A stretch of DNA of 64,000 bases from Longimicrobiales bacterium (GCA_965226375.1 CBDDCX010000006.1:32001-96000); one strand, 5' to 3'. Positions 1 through 11,378 are shown, counted from the stretch's first letter. Notes: generated from the letters alone by a model not told the origin. Made by a program: numbers and translations.

Positions 1-364
1 TTGCCAGTTCGCTGCCGGGTCCGGTCAGATCATGGGCTATCCATCCGGCACCGAGGGAAATCACCACCGTGGCGGCCATGCGGAGCACCCTGAACTTCGA
101 CGTCCCGCCGGACGGGCGGGTCGACTCTGCCTCGTCCGCCCTTGCCACCAGTTCTTCGAACGGTGCCAGGTCCATGGGAGCCTCGGCCGTAGCGGCCAGA
201 ATTTCCGACGCGACCATACGGAGCTCTCGCTCTTCATCCAAGGATCGAGCGCACGCCTCGCACTCGTCCAGGTGCTGTCGCACGCGATTGGCCTCGCCCT
301 CGGGATAGGCGCCCAGGGCGCCGTCGAGGTAGGCGTGGATATCTCCCTTACCGACGTGCGACAT
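1..364 (-). CDS. zf-HC2 anti-sigma factor (3' end runs off the window)
   Basis: Hand translation from ATG at 364: MSHVGKGDIHAYLDGALG...RQHLDECEACARSL (HxxxCxxC), then a hydrophobic segment (MAATVVISLGAGW); overlaps the end of the ECF sigma gene. Confidence 0.85.
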   Translation of the reverse strand, partial: MSHVGKGDIHAYLDGALGAYPEGEANRVRQHLDECEACARSLDEERELRMVASEILAATAEAPMDLAPFEELVARADEAESTRPSGGTSKFRVLRMAATVVISLGAGWIAHDLTGPGSELA

Positions 365-854
365 CTGATTGCTCCAAGTCTCCATGCGCCTTCACGAGCC
401 GCTGCCGGGCACGGGCGAGCGTGGTTCCCACCGCGCCCACCGCCAGGTCCAGCGCCTCTGCGATGTCTTCGTAGTTCTGCCCCGCATCCCACAGGAGAAG
501 GGCCTCACGGTCTCTCTCCCCCAGGGACTCCAGAGCCCTCCGCACCTCCGCCTCGCGCTCCCCCCGTTCGAGCTCCGCCTGCGGATCGGGGGCCGGCCCA
601 CGCACTTCCGCCTCGGACTTGAGTAGCGTGAGGTGTTTCTTGCGCCGGATGGCGGTTCGCGCCTCGTCACGGGCCAGGTTGGCCGCAACCGTAAAAAGCC
701 ACGCGCGGGGCTTGTCCGGTTGCTCCCGTAACGCCCGGACGAACGTCTCCTGTGCCAGGTCCTTGGCACGCTCCAAATCCCACACCTTGCGGTGCAGAAA
801 GCGAACCAGATCCGGCAGCGTCGTTCGGTAGAGCTCTGCCCAGTCAGCGTCCAC
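348..854 (-). CDS. ECF-family RNA polymerase sigma factor
   Basis: 168 aa; region 2 (AKDLAQETFVRA...RAWLFTVAANLARD) and region 4 (YEDIAEALDLAVGAVGTTLARAR); coupled to the anti-sigma gene. Confidence 0.92.
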   Translation of the reverse strand: MDADWAELYRTTLPDLVRFLHRKVWDLERAKDLAQETFVRALREQPDKPRAWLFTVAANLARDEARTAIRRKKHLTLLKSEAEVRGPAPDPQAELERGEREAEVRRALESLGERDREALLLWDAGQNYEDIAEALDLAVGAVGTTLARARQRLVKAHGDLEQSDVARR

Positions 855-1016
855 GGCGTCCTCATTCGATCACATCGGAGAGCGAATCTCTCCCGTTGGG
901 GCTCCGAGGCTTGGCTCAGTTACCCCACGGACGACCCCTTGGAGCCGCCCTACGTATCTGATGACGATCGAAGGGTGAAGACTTGCACACTCCGGATCCC
1001 TACCCGGGTCTGGACA

Positions 1017-3689
1017 CTAGTCCGCTCTCAATGCCGTCACGGGATCGATCCGTGTGGCCCGACGCGCCGGGAGGTAACTGGCCAGAACCGCGACCCCGAT
1101 CAGCAGACCAGAGACGGTCGCCAACGTGACCGGGTCACCCTCCGTGACCCCGAACAGGAGGGACGACGCGAGGCGACTGAATCCGAAGGCCGCAACGAGG
1201 CCCAGCGCGAGGCCCCCGAGGGCGAGTCTAAGCCCCTGCATGACCACCAGTCGTCGGACATCTGCGGGCTGAGCACCCAAGGACACCCGCACTCCCATCT
1301 CATGGGTCCTCTGGGACACCGTGTAGGACAGAACGCCGTACAGACCGACGGCCGCCAGCAGCAGAGCCACTCCGCCGAAGACGCCCAGAAGGATCGTGTT
1401 GAAGCGCCGACCGGCCACCGAGGCTACCAGGGCCTGCTCGCTCGGCGAGACTCTCTCCACCGGCACGCTCCCGTCGAAACTCCAGACCTCCTGGTGAATC
1501 AACGGCAACACATCGGCAATGTCGCCGTCGACCCGTACCAGGAGCACCATGTCCGTCATGGGGCGCTGAGCGTGGGGAAAGTAGTAACCCGGGAGCGTCT
1601 CGGACTCACGACCGAAATAGCGGACGTTCGGCGCCAGCCCGACAACCTCCCAGCGGGCGATCGCGATATCCTCCCACCAGCTGCCGATCAGTAGTACCTG
1701 GCCGATGGGGTCCTCGCCGGGAAAGTGCTGGTCGGCGAACGCCTGATTCACGATCACCACACCCGTGGACTTCGAATCGTCGAGGTCGGTGAAATCACGA
1801 CCACGTACGAGGGGGATGCCTGCGGTCCGGAAGTAGCCTGGAGAGACCGGGCGGTATTGTGCCTCGGGCCGCACGTTTCCGGCGGGTTCCGGGCGCCCGT
1901 CGACCCAAAAGCCAATCGTCCAACTCGGGTTCGTCGGACCCGCGTACGCAATAGCGGCGTCACGGACACCCGGCATTTCACGTGTCCGGCGCGTGACCTG
2001 ATCAAAGAACGTCTCCACCTCGGGCCAGCGCTCGCTCGGATATTGGGTAAACGGTAACGAGAGTGAGATCTCCCAAAGACTGTCCGGATCGAACCCCGGA
2101 TCGACCGACTGGACGGCCGCGAAGCTCCGGATGAGCAGGCCCGACGCGACGACGAGCACCATGGCCACCGCCGTCTCCAACACCACGAGAGATCCCCGAA
2201 GGCGTCCACCCGGCATAGCCCGCATGCCCCGAGTGCCCTCCTTCATGGTGTGGGCCAAACGCGAGCGTGATCCCTTGAGCGCGGGAACCAGACCGAACAG
2301 TACGGCAGTGGCCAACGTCACGGCGGCCATGACCGCAAGGATTCGGCCGTCCATGCTGATCTCGGTGACCCGGGGGACGGCTTGGGATGGCGCCAAGGCG
2401 AGGATGACACGTAGACCGCCATACGCCAACCCGACTCCCGCCAACCCGCCCACCACTGCCAGCAGCACGCTCTCGGTGAGAAGCTGCCGGACGAGTCGTA
2501 AGCGCCCGGCTCCCAGAGCGATGCGAACTGCTACCTCACGATCGCGTGCCGCCGTCCGCGCCAATAGGAGATTCGCCACGTTGGCGCAGACTATCAGGAG
2601 GACCAGGCCCACCGCTCCCATCAACATCAGCAGCGCCGGCCGGACGTTTCCTACCAGGGACTCCTTCAGGGGTTCGACCCAGGCCGTCCGTTCCAGATTG
2701 CTGTCGGGATAGGCTTGCTCGAGCCCCGCTGCGATGGAGGCGAACTCTTGTGAGGCGGAGGTGTGGTCGACGCCGGACTTGAGTCTCCCCACTACGATCA
2801 AGCGGTGCATTCCCCTGCTGTCCAGCCCCACATCCTGGGCCGCAGGCAACCACATGGAGACCCCGATCGGATAATCGAATGACTCGGGCATCACCCCAAT
2901 GATCGTGTGAGACACCCCATCCACCAGAAGAGACCTACCCAACACCGTGGGATCGCCTCCGTAGCGCTGGCGCCACAAGCCGTGTCCCAGGACCACCACC
3001 GCGTCCCCACCGACGACGTCCTCCGAGTCCTGGAACGTCCTACCCAACTCCGCCGAAACACCGAAAGCCCGCAACAGACCAGCCGTCACACGACCGATCT
3101 GTAGGGAGGTGGGCTCGCTGTCGGCGGACGTGATCGTAGCCAGAGGGGCCCGGTAAGCGCCCAACTCCTCGAAGGACTCCTGGGTCTCCAGAAAGTCTTG
3201 AAAGTCGGGATACGAACTCCAAGATCTCCCGAAGCTGTTCGGAAGCGTGGAGCGCCCCCACACCAGGGCCAGTCGGTCCGCACCCTCGAAGGGCAAAGCT
3301 CGGAAGAGCACCGCGTCCACCACCGTGAAGATGGCGGTGTTGGCGCCGATGCCTACGGCGATGGTGGCTACCGCTACCACCGTGAAACCGGGACGGCGCA
3401 ACAGTGCGCGTATTCCGTAGCGAATGTCCTGAGCGAGCGTTCCCATCCAGTTCCCCCTCCGATGTCTCGTGCCACGTCTAAGAAACTCACTGAGCCACTC
3501 ACGCCCGACGGCTCCGATCAGATCCAGCGCCTCAATGACGAGAAGACGCGCCACCGCGCCCAGGCTCCCTTCCCTGGCTCTTCCGAGCCGCTTCGAGAAG
3601 ACGAAGACCATCTCGTTCCCGTGCTCCCACCTAAAGTCGGGGGGAAGCAGGCGGGTCATCACCCCGTAGAGCCACACCACGGTCTTCAT
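1017..3689 (-). CDS. Duplicated (ADOP-type) MacB/FtsX ABC permease
   Basis: 890 aa; [21 protein letters not shown]...[20 protein letters not shown]...[13 protein letters not shown], second repeat [15 protein letters not shown]-terminal [17 protein letters not shown]. Confidence 0.93.
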   Translation of the reverse strand: MKTVVWLYGVMTRLLPPDFRWEHGNEMVFVFSKRLGRAREGSLGAVARLLVIEALDLIGAVGREWLSEFLRRGTRHRRGNWMGTLAQDIRYGIRALLRRPGFTVVAVATIAVGIGANTAIFTVVDAVLFRALPFEGADRLALVWGRSTLPNSFGRSWSSYPDFQDFLETQESFEELGAYRAPLATITSADSEPTSLQIGRVTAGLLRAFGVSAELGRTFQDSEDVVGGDAVVVLGHGLWRQRYGGDPTVLGRSLLVDGVSHTIIGVMPESFDYPIGVSMWLPAAQDVGLDSRGMHRLIVVGRLKSGVDHTSASQEFASIAAGLEQAYPDSNLERTAWVEPLKESLVGNVRPALLMLMGAVGLVLLIVCANVANLLLARTAARDREVAVRIALGAGRLRLVRQLLTESVLLAVVGGLAGVGLAYGGLRVILALAPSQAVPRVTEISMDGRILAVMAAVTLATAVLFGLVPALKGSRSRLAHTMKEGTRGMRAMPGGRLRGSLVVLETAVAMVLVVASGLLIRSFAAVQSVDPGFDPDSLWEISLSLPFTQYPSERWPEVETFFDQVTRRTREMPGVRDAAIAYAGPTNPSWTIGFWVDGRPEPAGNVRPEAQYRPVSPGYFRTAGIPLVRGRDFTDLDDSKSTGVVIVNQAFADQHFPGEDPIGQVLLIGSWWEDIAIARWEVVGLAPNVRYFGRESETLPGYYFPHAQRPMTDMVLLVRVDGDIADVLPLIHQEVWSFDGSVPVERVSPSEQALVASVAGRRFNTILLGVFGGVALLLAAVGLYGVLSYTVSQRTHEMGVRVSLGAQPADVRRLVVMQGLRLALGGLALGLVAAFGFSRLASSLLFGVTEGDPVTLATVSGLLIGVAVLASYLPARRATRIDPVTALRAD

Positions 3690-3692
3690 CGA

Positions 3693-4061
3693 TCAGCCTC
3701 GCTTGGTGGAGCCGGCGAATGCGGGAAGCACGTTCTTGGCTCTGGCCAGGTCGGCGAGGCGCTCGTGCCTGCGCGCCTCTGCCTCGACTACCGCAAGGCC
3801 GGCCGGCGTCAGCTCGTAGTACTTACGGCGAGGATCGGTCTCCTCGGCAGGACGTGGAGCTTCACTGATGAGCCCGTCCTTCCGCAGACGTTTGATGGCT
3901 GAATAGAGAGTCCCGGTACCGAGCGTCACTTCACCATCGGTGCGGCGCTCGACCTCGAGCAGGATTCCGTAGCCGTGGCATGCGCCCTCCACCATGGACA
4001 GCAGTATCAGGAACACCGGCTCGCTGATGGGCAAGTGTTCTGTAACGTCGTATTCGCTCAT
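3693..4061 (-). CDS. PadR-family transcriptional regulator
   Basis: ILLSM..GACHGYGI...LGTGTLYSAIKRL...RRKYYELTPAG motif; directly upstream of the permease. Confidence 0.92.
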   Translation of the reverse strand: MSEYDVTEHLPISEPVFLILLSMVEGACHGYGILLEVERRTDGEVTLGTGTLYSAIKRLRKDGLISEAPRPAEETDPRRKYYELTPAGLAVVEAEARRHERLADLARAKNVLPAFAGSTKRG

Positions 4062-4109
4062 GGATGACTCCAGCGTCGAGCTCGCTTCCCCAAATACCTC
4101 ACACCAAAC

Positions 4110-4128
4110 TATATCATAGTATGATATA
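4110..4128. promoter_or_regulatory. Palindromic operator, probably for PadR
   Basis: Perfect inverted repeat TATATCATA-G-TATGATATA in the AT-rich gap between two divergent padR genes. Confidence 0.6.
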
Positions 4129-4293
4129 TCGACTTACGACGCAATACCGATGACAACACCGGCTAGCGACATCCCCACGTCGGTATCGGTCGTGCTCGAT
4201 CCGACTCCACTCGCTCCCTGGCCACTTGCTCGGCCCCTTGCGGTTTTCTCCGATTCTGATAAAATTTGCTTTGTTATTTTTATGGAGGTGGCG

Positions 4294-4632
4294 ATGGGTA
4301 AGGGAAACAAGTTGGGCGAAGCCGAGCACCTCGTATTGCTGGCGGTCAGGCGGCTCGGTGGCCCGACGGGTGGCGCGGACATCCGAGAAACGGTAGAGGA
4401 ACGCACCGGCCGCGTACTGACGGTGAGCGCGATCTATGTGACGCTCATGCGGCTGGAAACAAAAGGATTCCTCAGCTCGCAGCTCGGTGATCCGACCCCG
4501 GTCCGAGGCGGAAAAGCCAGACGTCACTTCCGCATAACCGAGGCGGGTGACGAGGCCCTGGAAGAGGTGCGCCGTCAGTGGGAACGCATGTGGGAGGGCA
4601 TGCCCTCTGCTGCGGACGGAGCCACGCGATGA
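4294..4632 (+). CDS. PadR-family transcriptional regulator
   Basis: GGAGG RBS then MGKGNKLGEAEHLVLLAV...AIYVTLMRLETKG...RGGKARRHFRIT; ATGA overlap with the permease. Confidence 0.9.
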   Translation: MGKGNKLGEAEHLVLLAVRRLGGPTGGADIRETVEERTGRVLTVSAIYVTLMRLETKGFLSSQLGDPTPVRGGKARRHFRITEAGDEALEEVRRQWERMWEGMPSAADGATR

Positions 4633-7304
4633 GGACCTCTGGCCCGCAGGACAGCAGCAAAGGCACGAAACACGCCAGTCCGCTCCCTCGGTGGGTTCAC
4701 CTGCTCCTTCGCCTCGTGATTCCCGAGCACGTCCGAGCCGTGGTGATGACGGACATCGAATCGGCCTACCGGCGCGACGTGGAGCGTCTCGGACTCGTCC
4801 GGGCCCGGCGGCGACTCCTGGCTGAACTGGCCCCTTGGCACCTGTTGGCACTTCGGCACACCGTACGACAAACGCGGCATAGGAACTTGGACGGGAGAGG
4901 GATGATGGCCTGCGTTGACGATTTGAGATTTGCGGCTCGAGCGCTACTGCGGAGTCCGGCCTTCGCCGGCGTATCGGTCTTGACGTTGGCGCTGGCGATC
5001 GGTGCGAACACTGCGGTCTTCTCGATGGTGGACACGTTCGTGTTGCGCGCCCTGCCCATCCCCGATGCGGATCGCACCTACGAGGTCTACGAGACCGCAC
5101 CGGTGACCGGCGACTACGGACGAGTCAGTTGGGCGGAGTTCCTCGATTGGCGAGAGCGCAGCACACTGTTCGAGCGCATGGTCGCGTTCGAGGAGGGCGG
5201 TGTCACGTTGAGCCAGGGCAACCGGGCGGACTGGCTCCCAGGCGGACTCGTCAGCCGCGACTATTTCGACCTAGTGGGCGCGCAGCCCTTCCTGGGGAGA
5301 TTCTTCTCACCGGTGGAGCACCTGGACGACGCGTCGCCCGTGGCGGTGATGAGCTACCGGCTCTGGGTGAATCGATTCGAGGCCGATCCCGACATGATCG
5401 GCAGCACCATCGTGCTGGATGACGAGGCACACGAGGTCGTCGGGGTCGCCGCGCCCCACGCGGGAGATCTCACAGCGAACCGACTCCTCGATCGGACGGA
5501 CCCCACCGATATCTGGCGGCCTATCGAGCGAGTACCCTTCTGGAGTGGCCGCGCCAACCACTGGCTCGACGTGGCCGTCCGGGTTGCTCCCGGTGTGGGT
5601 CCGACCGCGGCGCTCGAAGAGCTGAGCGCGATCGTGGTGCGGCTCAATGAGGAGCACGGCACGTCCAGGGGTGTGGCGATCGTCCCGCTGGGCGAGCGCT
5701 TTGGGGGCGACTCGGCTGCCTTGCTGCTCGCTCTTCTGGGGGCCGTGGGTCTGGTAATGCTCATCGCAACGGCCAACGTGGCTGCGCTCGGGCTGGCTCG
5801 CGCCACGACGCGCAGCAAGGAGTTCACGGTGCGCGCCGCGATCGGTGCGGGACGCGGACGCCTATTCCGCATGGCGATTGGCGAGGCCCTGCTGATCACC
5901 GGCCTGGCCGTGGGGCTGGGAGTCGGCACGGGATGGTTGGGCATCCAGATCCTTGTGGGTATCTGGTTCGAGGGGGCGCCCTTGGCCCAAGAGGTCGCCC
6001 TCAACTGGAGGGTCCTGGCGTTCACAGGCGTAGTGGGGTCTCTCGGCGCCGTGCTCGTCGGAGCACCCCCTGCCTTCCAGGTCGTTCGCACCAGCGTACA
6101 CGGCATGCTGGGTAGAAATTCCCTCGGCGTGACGTCGGGCGGAGCTGGCCGCCACGGTCGCAACCTGCTCTCGGTGGGTCCGTTCGCCCTGTCGGTCGTG
6201 CTCCTGGTGGGGGCCGGTCTGATGATCCAGAGCTTGGTGGGGCTACTCAATGTGGATACCGGCGTCGATCCGGAAAACCTGCTGACGTTCGAGATGAACA
6301 TCACGGAGAATCGTTTTCCAGATGACGCCGAGATCCGGGGCATGTACGACGACCTGACGGAGCGGCTGCGTTCGGTACCGGGCGTGGTCTCCGCCGCGAG
6401 CTCCTTCTCCAACCCACTGACGAGTCCCTTCTCCTCGCTGCTGGGGATCGAAGGCCGCGACCCGTTTCCGGAAGGACAGGCGCCACGCGCACTGCTCAAG
6501 GGCGTCGATATGCACTACTTCTCCACGGTCGGATCACGTCTCATCCGGGGTCGTTCGTTTCTACCAGAGGACCACACCGCTCCTGAGATCGTTGCTCTCA
6601 TCAATGAGACGCTCGCCGAACGCTACTGGCCCGACTCGGATCCGGTCGGCCAGCGCCTCATCAATGGTGGGAACCCGATTCGGATCATCGGTGTGGTCGA
6701 GGACGTACGGCTTGGCGGGCTGGATCTCGAGCCCGATCTCCAGAACTATTACGAGATCGACGACACGCGGCCCCGGACCCTCACAGTTCGAACAACGGCT
6801 GACCCGGAGCAGATGATCCCTATTCTCCGCCGTGAAGTCTTCGAGGCGACCGGACTTCCGATCTACCTCGTCAACACGCTGGACGATCTGCTCACGTCCG
6901 CAAGCGCGAACCGCCGTACCGGTGCGATGCTCCTGGGCACGCTGAGCGTGCTCGCGCTCGTGCTCTCCGCCGTCGGGATCTTCAGCGTCCTCTCGTACAC
7001 CGTCTCGCAGCACCGCCGGGAGATGGGCATTCGGCTCGCCTTGGGTGCTACCGGTTCGCGAGTGACCAAACTGATCCTGCGCCAAGGGATGACGGCCGCC
7101 GTGGCCGGCCTCGTCTTGGGGGTGATGTTGGCGCTCGGGCTCACCCGTTTTCTTCAGGGCCAGCTCTACGGTGTAAGTGCGACGGACCCGCGAACGTTCA
7201 TTGGGGCGTGCGTGACGCTCGCAGCCGTGGCGTTTGCGGGTTGCTACCTGCCGGCCAGACAGGCCGCTCGCTGCGATCTGATCGACGCGATGCGGGAGGA
7301 GTAA
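4629..7304 (+). CDS. Duplicated (ADOP-type) MacB/FtsX ABC permease
   Basis: DDLRFAARALLRSPAFAGVSVLTLALAIGANTAVFS, two FtsX-type repeats, C-terminal PARQAARCDLIDAMREE; start placed at the ATGA overlap with padR. Confidence 0.92.
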   Translation: MRTSGPQDSSKGTKHASPLPRWVHLLLRLVIPEHVRAVVMTDIESAYRRDVERLGLVRARRRLLAELAPWHLLALRHTVRQTRHRNLDGRGMMACVDDLRFAARALLRSPAFAGVSVLTLALAIGANTAVFSMVDTFVLRALPIPDADRTYEVYETAPVTGDYGRVSWAEFLDWRERSTLFERMVAFEEGGVTLSQGNRADWLPGGLVSRDYFDLVGAQPFLGRFFSPVEHLDDASPVAVMSYRLWVNRFEADPDMIGSTIVLDDEAHEVVGVAAPHAGDLTANRLLDRTDPTDIWRPIERVPFWSGRANHWLDVAVRVAPGVGPTAALEELSAIVVRLNEEHGTSRGVAIVPLGERFGGDSAALLLALLGAVGLVMLIATANVAALGLARATTRSKEFTVRAAIGAGRGRLFRMAIGEALLITGLAVGLGVGTGWLGIQILVGIWFEGAPLAQEVALNWRVLAFTGVVGSLGAVLVGAPPAFQVVRTSVHGMLGRNSLGVTSGGAGRHGRNLLSVGPFALSVVLLVGAGLMIQSLVGLLNVDTGVDPENLLTFEMNITENRFPDDAEIRGMYDDLTERLRSVPGVVSAASSFSNPLTSPFSSLLGIEGRDPFPEGQAPRALLKGVDMHYFSTVGSRLIRGRSFLPEDHTAPEIVALINETLAERYWPDSDPVGQRLINGGNPIRIIGVVEDVRLGGLDLEPDLQNYYEIDDTRPRTLTVRTTADPEQMIPILRREVFEATGLPIYLVNTLDDLLTSASANRRTGAMLLGTLSVLALVLSAVGIFSVLSYTVSQHRREMGIRLALGATGSRVTKLILRQGMTAAVAGLVLGVMLALGLTRFLQGQLYGVSATDPRTFIGACVTLAAVAFAGCYLPARQAARCDLIDAMREE

Positions 7305-7383
7305 AGGGCGACTGGCTGCTGAGAGCCGCTCCGAGGCACTGTGACAAGTCATTCGGCTATATGCTCGGGAAAGGGACGGGAGG

Positions 7384-8370
7384 ATGAAGAGGTCGTCACT
7401 AAAATCCGTGAAGCTACTGCTTCTTTCTGTTGGTCTACTACCGACCGGTCTTCGGGCTCAAGAAAGCAGCCCTGTCATGTATTTCAGTCCGGACTGGTCG
7501 CCGGACGGTGAGAGAATCGTTTTCTCGTCTGGCAGTAATGGCGCGTTCTCGATTTACGCCGTTGATGTCGACGGCCACAACCTCATCCGCCTTACGGATG
7601 CCGAGTACAATGATGAGGGTCCGGTTTGGTCTCCAGATGGCCGGAAAGTCGCCTTCTTCTCGAACCGACGAGATCAAAGGGACGAACGACCGATCAGTCT
7701 TCAGATCCATATCATGAACGCCGACGGATCGGACCAGAGACGGGTTACCGACGAGAGCGCCGCGCTGGAGTACGACATCACGTGGTCTCCGGATGGAGAC
7801 CGCATCGCCTTTCAGTCGAGGCCCGAGATCAATCCTTTCGTCCACAGTATCTACGTGGTCGGCACCGATGGACTGGGGAGGGAGCGGGTCACGGACGGTC
7901 AGTACAACGATTTCTCACCCCAATGGTCACCCGATGGTGATCGGATTCTGTTCGTCCGGACAACGGCCCTCTACAAGTTCAGGCGTGATCAGACCGACGA
8001 GGAACGAAACGATGTCAATGTGTCGACGGAGATCATGGTTTTGGACCTCGCGGACGGGACCATTACGCCCATCACCCAGAACGAGGTTCCTGACGAAGGT
8101 GCAAGCTGGAGCTCGGACGGCAGCGAGGTGTTCTTCTTCCGGGACAACTCAGACGGAAGATCGCTGTTGCGACAGCGCCTCGGCCAACCGGCCCCTACCA
8201 TCATGGTCGAGGACGGCAACGCGGTGTCCAATACCGGCGGCTTCGTCAACAGAGCGCGTGTTTCTCCAAACGGGCGTTTCCTGACCTACACGAAGGCAGT
8301 CGACGGTGTGTACGGTCTCTACATTTACGCTCTCGAGCTCGAACGGGAAACACGGGTTATGGACGGGTAA
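7384..8370 (+). CDS. Secreted TolB-like beta-propeller (PD40 repeats)
   Basis: Signal peptide and repeated PxWSPDGxxIxF motifs. Confidence 0.85.
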   Translation: MKRSSLKSVKLLLLSVGLLPTGLRAQESSPVMYFSPDWSPDGERIVFSSGSNGAFSIYAVDVDGHNLIRLTDAEYNDEGPVWSPDGRKVAFFSNRRDQRDERPISLQIHIMNADGSDQRRVTDESAALEYDITWSPDGDRIAFQSRPEINPFVHSIYVVGTDGLGRERVTDGQYNDFSPQWSPDGDRILFVRTTALYKFRRDQTDEERNDVNVSTEIMVLDLADGTITPITQNEVPDEGASWSSDGSEVFFFRDNSDGRSLLRQRLGQPAPTIMVEDGNAVSNTGGFVNRARVSPNGRFLTYTKAVDGVYGLYIYALELERETRVMDG

Positions 8371-8412
8371 CACACCCGGAGACGGCGGGGCTCGTCTCAA
8401 GCGGCTCCCCCC

Positions 8413-8715
8413 TCAGCGCGCCGCCAGCCCCTTCGCCGCCGCGATCCCGAGGATCGCGCTCATGCGGGCGATCTCTCGCTCGCAGGCCGCAGCACCCTCC
8501 GCGGTGATCTGATAGACGCCGTCGGCCTCGGTCACCCACCCCCGCCGAAGCAGGCGCTTGAGCCCGCCATACAGCGTACCCGGTCCCATCGCCAACCGGC
8601 CGTCACTCCTCACGCGCATGTCTTCGTTGATGACATGGCCCGGCTTCGGGCCATCGGCTAGCGCCAGGAGGATCTGGAACTGAGCGGATGGCAGGGACGA
8701 TCGATTGAGCGTCAT
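8413..8715 (-). CDS. PadR-family transcriptional regulator
   Basis: MTLNRSSLPSAQFQILLALADGPKPGHVI...MGPGTLYGGLKRLLRRGWV...YQITAEG; ATGA overlap with the permease end. Confidence 0.85.
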   Translation of the reverse strand: MTLNRSSLPSAQFQILLALADGPKPGHVINEDMRVRSDGRLAMGPGTLYGGLKRLLRRGWVTEADGVYQITAEGAAACEREIARMSAILGIAAAKGLAAR

Positions 8716-11326
8716 TCTCCCCTCAACAGGGTCACGGGATCGGTGCGAACGGCACGGAGAGCGGGGGCTGCGGCCGCCAGTACTCCCGTAGCGACGATCA
8801 AGGCTGCTGTGGCGCCGAGAGATACCGGGTCGGTCCGCTCGACGCCGAACAGGAAGGACTCGAGCGCAGAGCTGCCGATCAGGAAGAGTACGATCCCCGC
8901 ACCCACGCCCGCCACAGTCAGCGAGAGGCTTCGTATCAGCACCTCCCGGAGTACAGTCCCGGAGGTGGCGCCCAGGGCGAGCGCTACAGCCCAGCCTCGG
9001 ATCCGCCCGCTGACCCATTGCGAGATGACACCGTGCACGCCGACGGCGCCGACGATGAGCGCCAACACACCGAGCAGGATCAGCAGTCGCATGATCATGA
9101 GCGTGTCCCCCTGAGCGGCCTGCTCGACCTCGGTAAACGTGGAGACGCTCCTCACGGCCAGGCGGGGCTCCGCTCTCTCAACAGGTTCACGACCTGGGCC
9201 GGGTACTGCGGCCCCGCCCCGGGCACGGGTCGCGCGACCATCGCAAAACTCAGAAACCGCGGATGTTGCTCGATCAGAACGTAGATCGCAGGGAGAACCG
9301 CATCTGTCAGATTCCCTTCCGAAACGTTACCCACTACGCCCGCCACGCGGCGGCTCGCTCCCCAAGCGGTGACCGAACGCTGGCCGGCCGGATCCTCTCT
9401 GGGCCAAATCCTCTCGGCAAGTGCTTGGTTCACCCAGGCCACCGGAGCACCATCGGCTCGGTCGATGAACGAGTCGGGAAGGCGCCCGGAGGCGAGCGGC
9501 ACGCCCAATGCCTCGAAATATCCCGGCGTGACGAACCGAATCGGAACGAACATCGGCTCATCCAACACTCCCGGAGCCACCACCGACGTGGTCCACCCGC
9601 TCCCTCTCAGCGGGAGCTTCTGGCTCAAGCCGACCGAGGCCGTTTGGGGCATCTCACCGATCAATCCACGAAGGTTGGCGTACAGCTCTCCGTGTTCGGA
9701 GGCAGGATAATCCCCGGCGCCGGCGACGACATCGAGGACCACGGCCTGTCCGGGAGAGAGGCCGGTCTCGATCATCGAGAGCTCGCCGACGCTCCTCGCC
9801 ATCACGCCGGCTCCCCCGACGAGCAGCACGGTAAGGGCGACCTGTGCTATGACCAGTGCGTTCTGGGTCAGCGCTGCTGAGCGGGAGGCGCCGGTAGTCG
9901 TGCCGCGACTCCCGCCCGGTGTCTTGGCGGACGATCCGAGCGCTGCGATCAGACCGACAACCGCCCCGACCCCCACACCAAGGAGCAGCGTGAAGAGCAG
10001 AAATACCCGATCCATCTCGAGTGCCTGGGCATCCCCCGGTGAGATCGGCAGGCTGCCCACCAGCAGCTTGAAGCCGACCAGCCCGAACAGCACTGCGGCG
10101 CCACCGCCCAACAAGCCGATGATCGTGGACTAGGTCACGAGTTGGCGAGCGAGACGACTCCTACTCGCGCCGATGGCCGCCCGAAGGGATAACTCGCCCC
10201 TGCGTCGCTCGGTGTGCCCGAGCAACAGCCCCCCTACGTTGATGACGGCCATGAGCAGCACGAGCGCCAGCGCTCCCCCGACCAGGATCATCGGCTCGCG
10301 ATTACGGCCGAAGATGGCGCGCCGAACCGGTGTCAGCCGAACGGCATCGGAAAAACTGTCAATCTGCCGCCCGAGCACCGTCACGACGCGCTGCGCCTCG
10401 CCGGCGAGCGTCTCGGGGGTGGCCGTTGTCGAGACTCGGGTGATCAGGCTGAGGTAGCGATCACGGCTCGTGCGATCGACCTGCATCGGCCGAAACATCC
10501 TCGTCGCTTCGTCCGGGAAGTAGAATTCCGGTGCGGTGATCCCGACGATCTCGACGCCCTGACCGTCTATCCGCAGCGTCGAGCCGACCATATCGGGTCT
10601 CTGACCCAGCTCGACCCACAGGCCATGGGTGATCACCGCGACCGGCGGGGCTCCCCGGACCTCGTCCGATACGTCGAAGTCGCGTCCCCTTTGAAGCTCC
10701 ACACCGAACACGGAGAAGAAGGCGTGGGAGACAAGGAGGGCATCCTCGGCCGACGCGGGGCCGGACTCGTTCTGTACCACGACCTGGGTCTCGGTGTAGG
10801 CGGCCACCAGAGAGAGCGTCGGGCTGCCTTCCTCGAGGACCGCCAGATCACTTGGAGCCCATGAACCGGCATTCCAGAACATGTGGATTCGATCGGGCGC
10901 GTCGTACGGAAGCTCCCGCAACAGCGTCCCACGCAGCACCGATTGGATGGCCGTCACACCCCCGATTCCGAGGCCCAGGGTGAGGGTCAAAACCAAGGTA
11001 AGTGCAGGGCGTCTCACCAGTCCCCGCATTCCGTATCGAAGATCCTGCCATAGACTCTCGAGCATCATCCCCACCCTCCCTTTCCCCTCGTGCGCGGCGA
11101 CGTCGAGCCACTCGCGCGGAACGTTTACGAAAGAATCCGCCAGGAGCCGGATCCAAAACACGAACGCCGCCGGGGTTCCCGCGATCCGAGCTCGCTTCCA
11201 CTCTCGCTCGAAGACGACCTCCATCGATTGGCCAAAGCGTTGGCGGAACGCGGCTGGATAGACCCTGAGTAGAGCCCTGTAGATGCCCCTGGGTGATCGA
11301 TCCATTCGTCTCCCCGATCGGTCCAT
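8712..11326 (-). pseudogene. Disrupted ADOP-type ABC permease
   Basis: Three ORFs (10130-11326, 9152-10114, 8712-9155) form one permease; in-frame TAG at 10130-10132 (RQLVT*S where paralogue 1 has RQLLTES) and a 1-nt frameshift at a GAGAGAG run near 9170-9180. Confidence 0.85.
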
Positions 11327-11330
11327 TCCT

Positions 11331-11378
11331 CACTTCGCATTGCGATATCGAGGGGTTGGACACTTCGCAGTGCGATAT
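11331..11378. promoter_or_regulatory. Two 18-bp operator boxes
   Basis: CACTTCGCA(T/G)TGCGATAT at 11331-11348 and 11361-11378, each with an internal palindrome TCGCA-N-TGCGA, just upstream of the permease start. Confidence 0.65.

Noticed and set aside
10130..10132. Amber recoding (pyrrolysine or alternative code) at the in-frame TAGs here and at 60513
   Set aside because: Many intact genes in the window end in TAG, both genes carry second lesions, and no pyl genes are seen.
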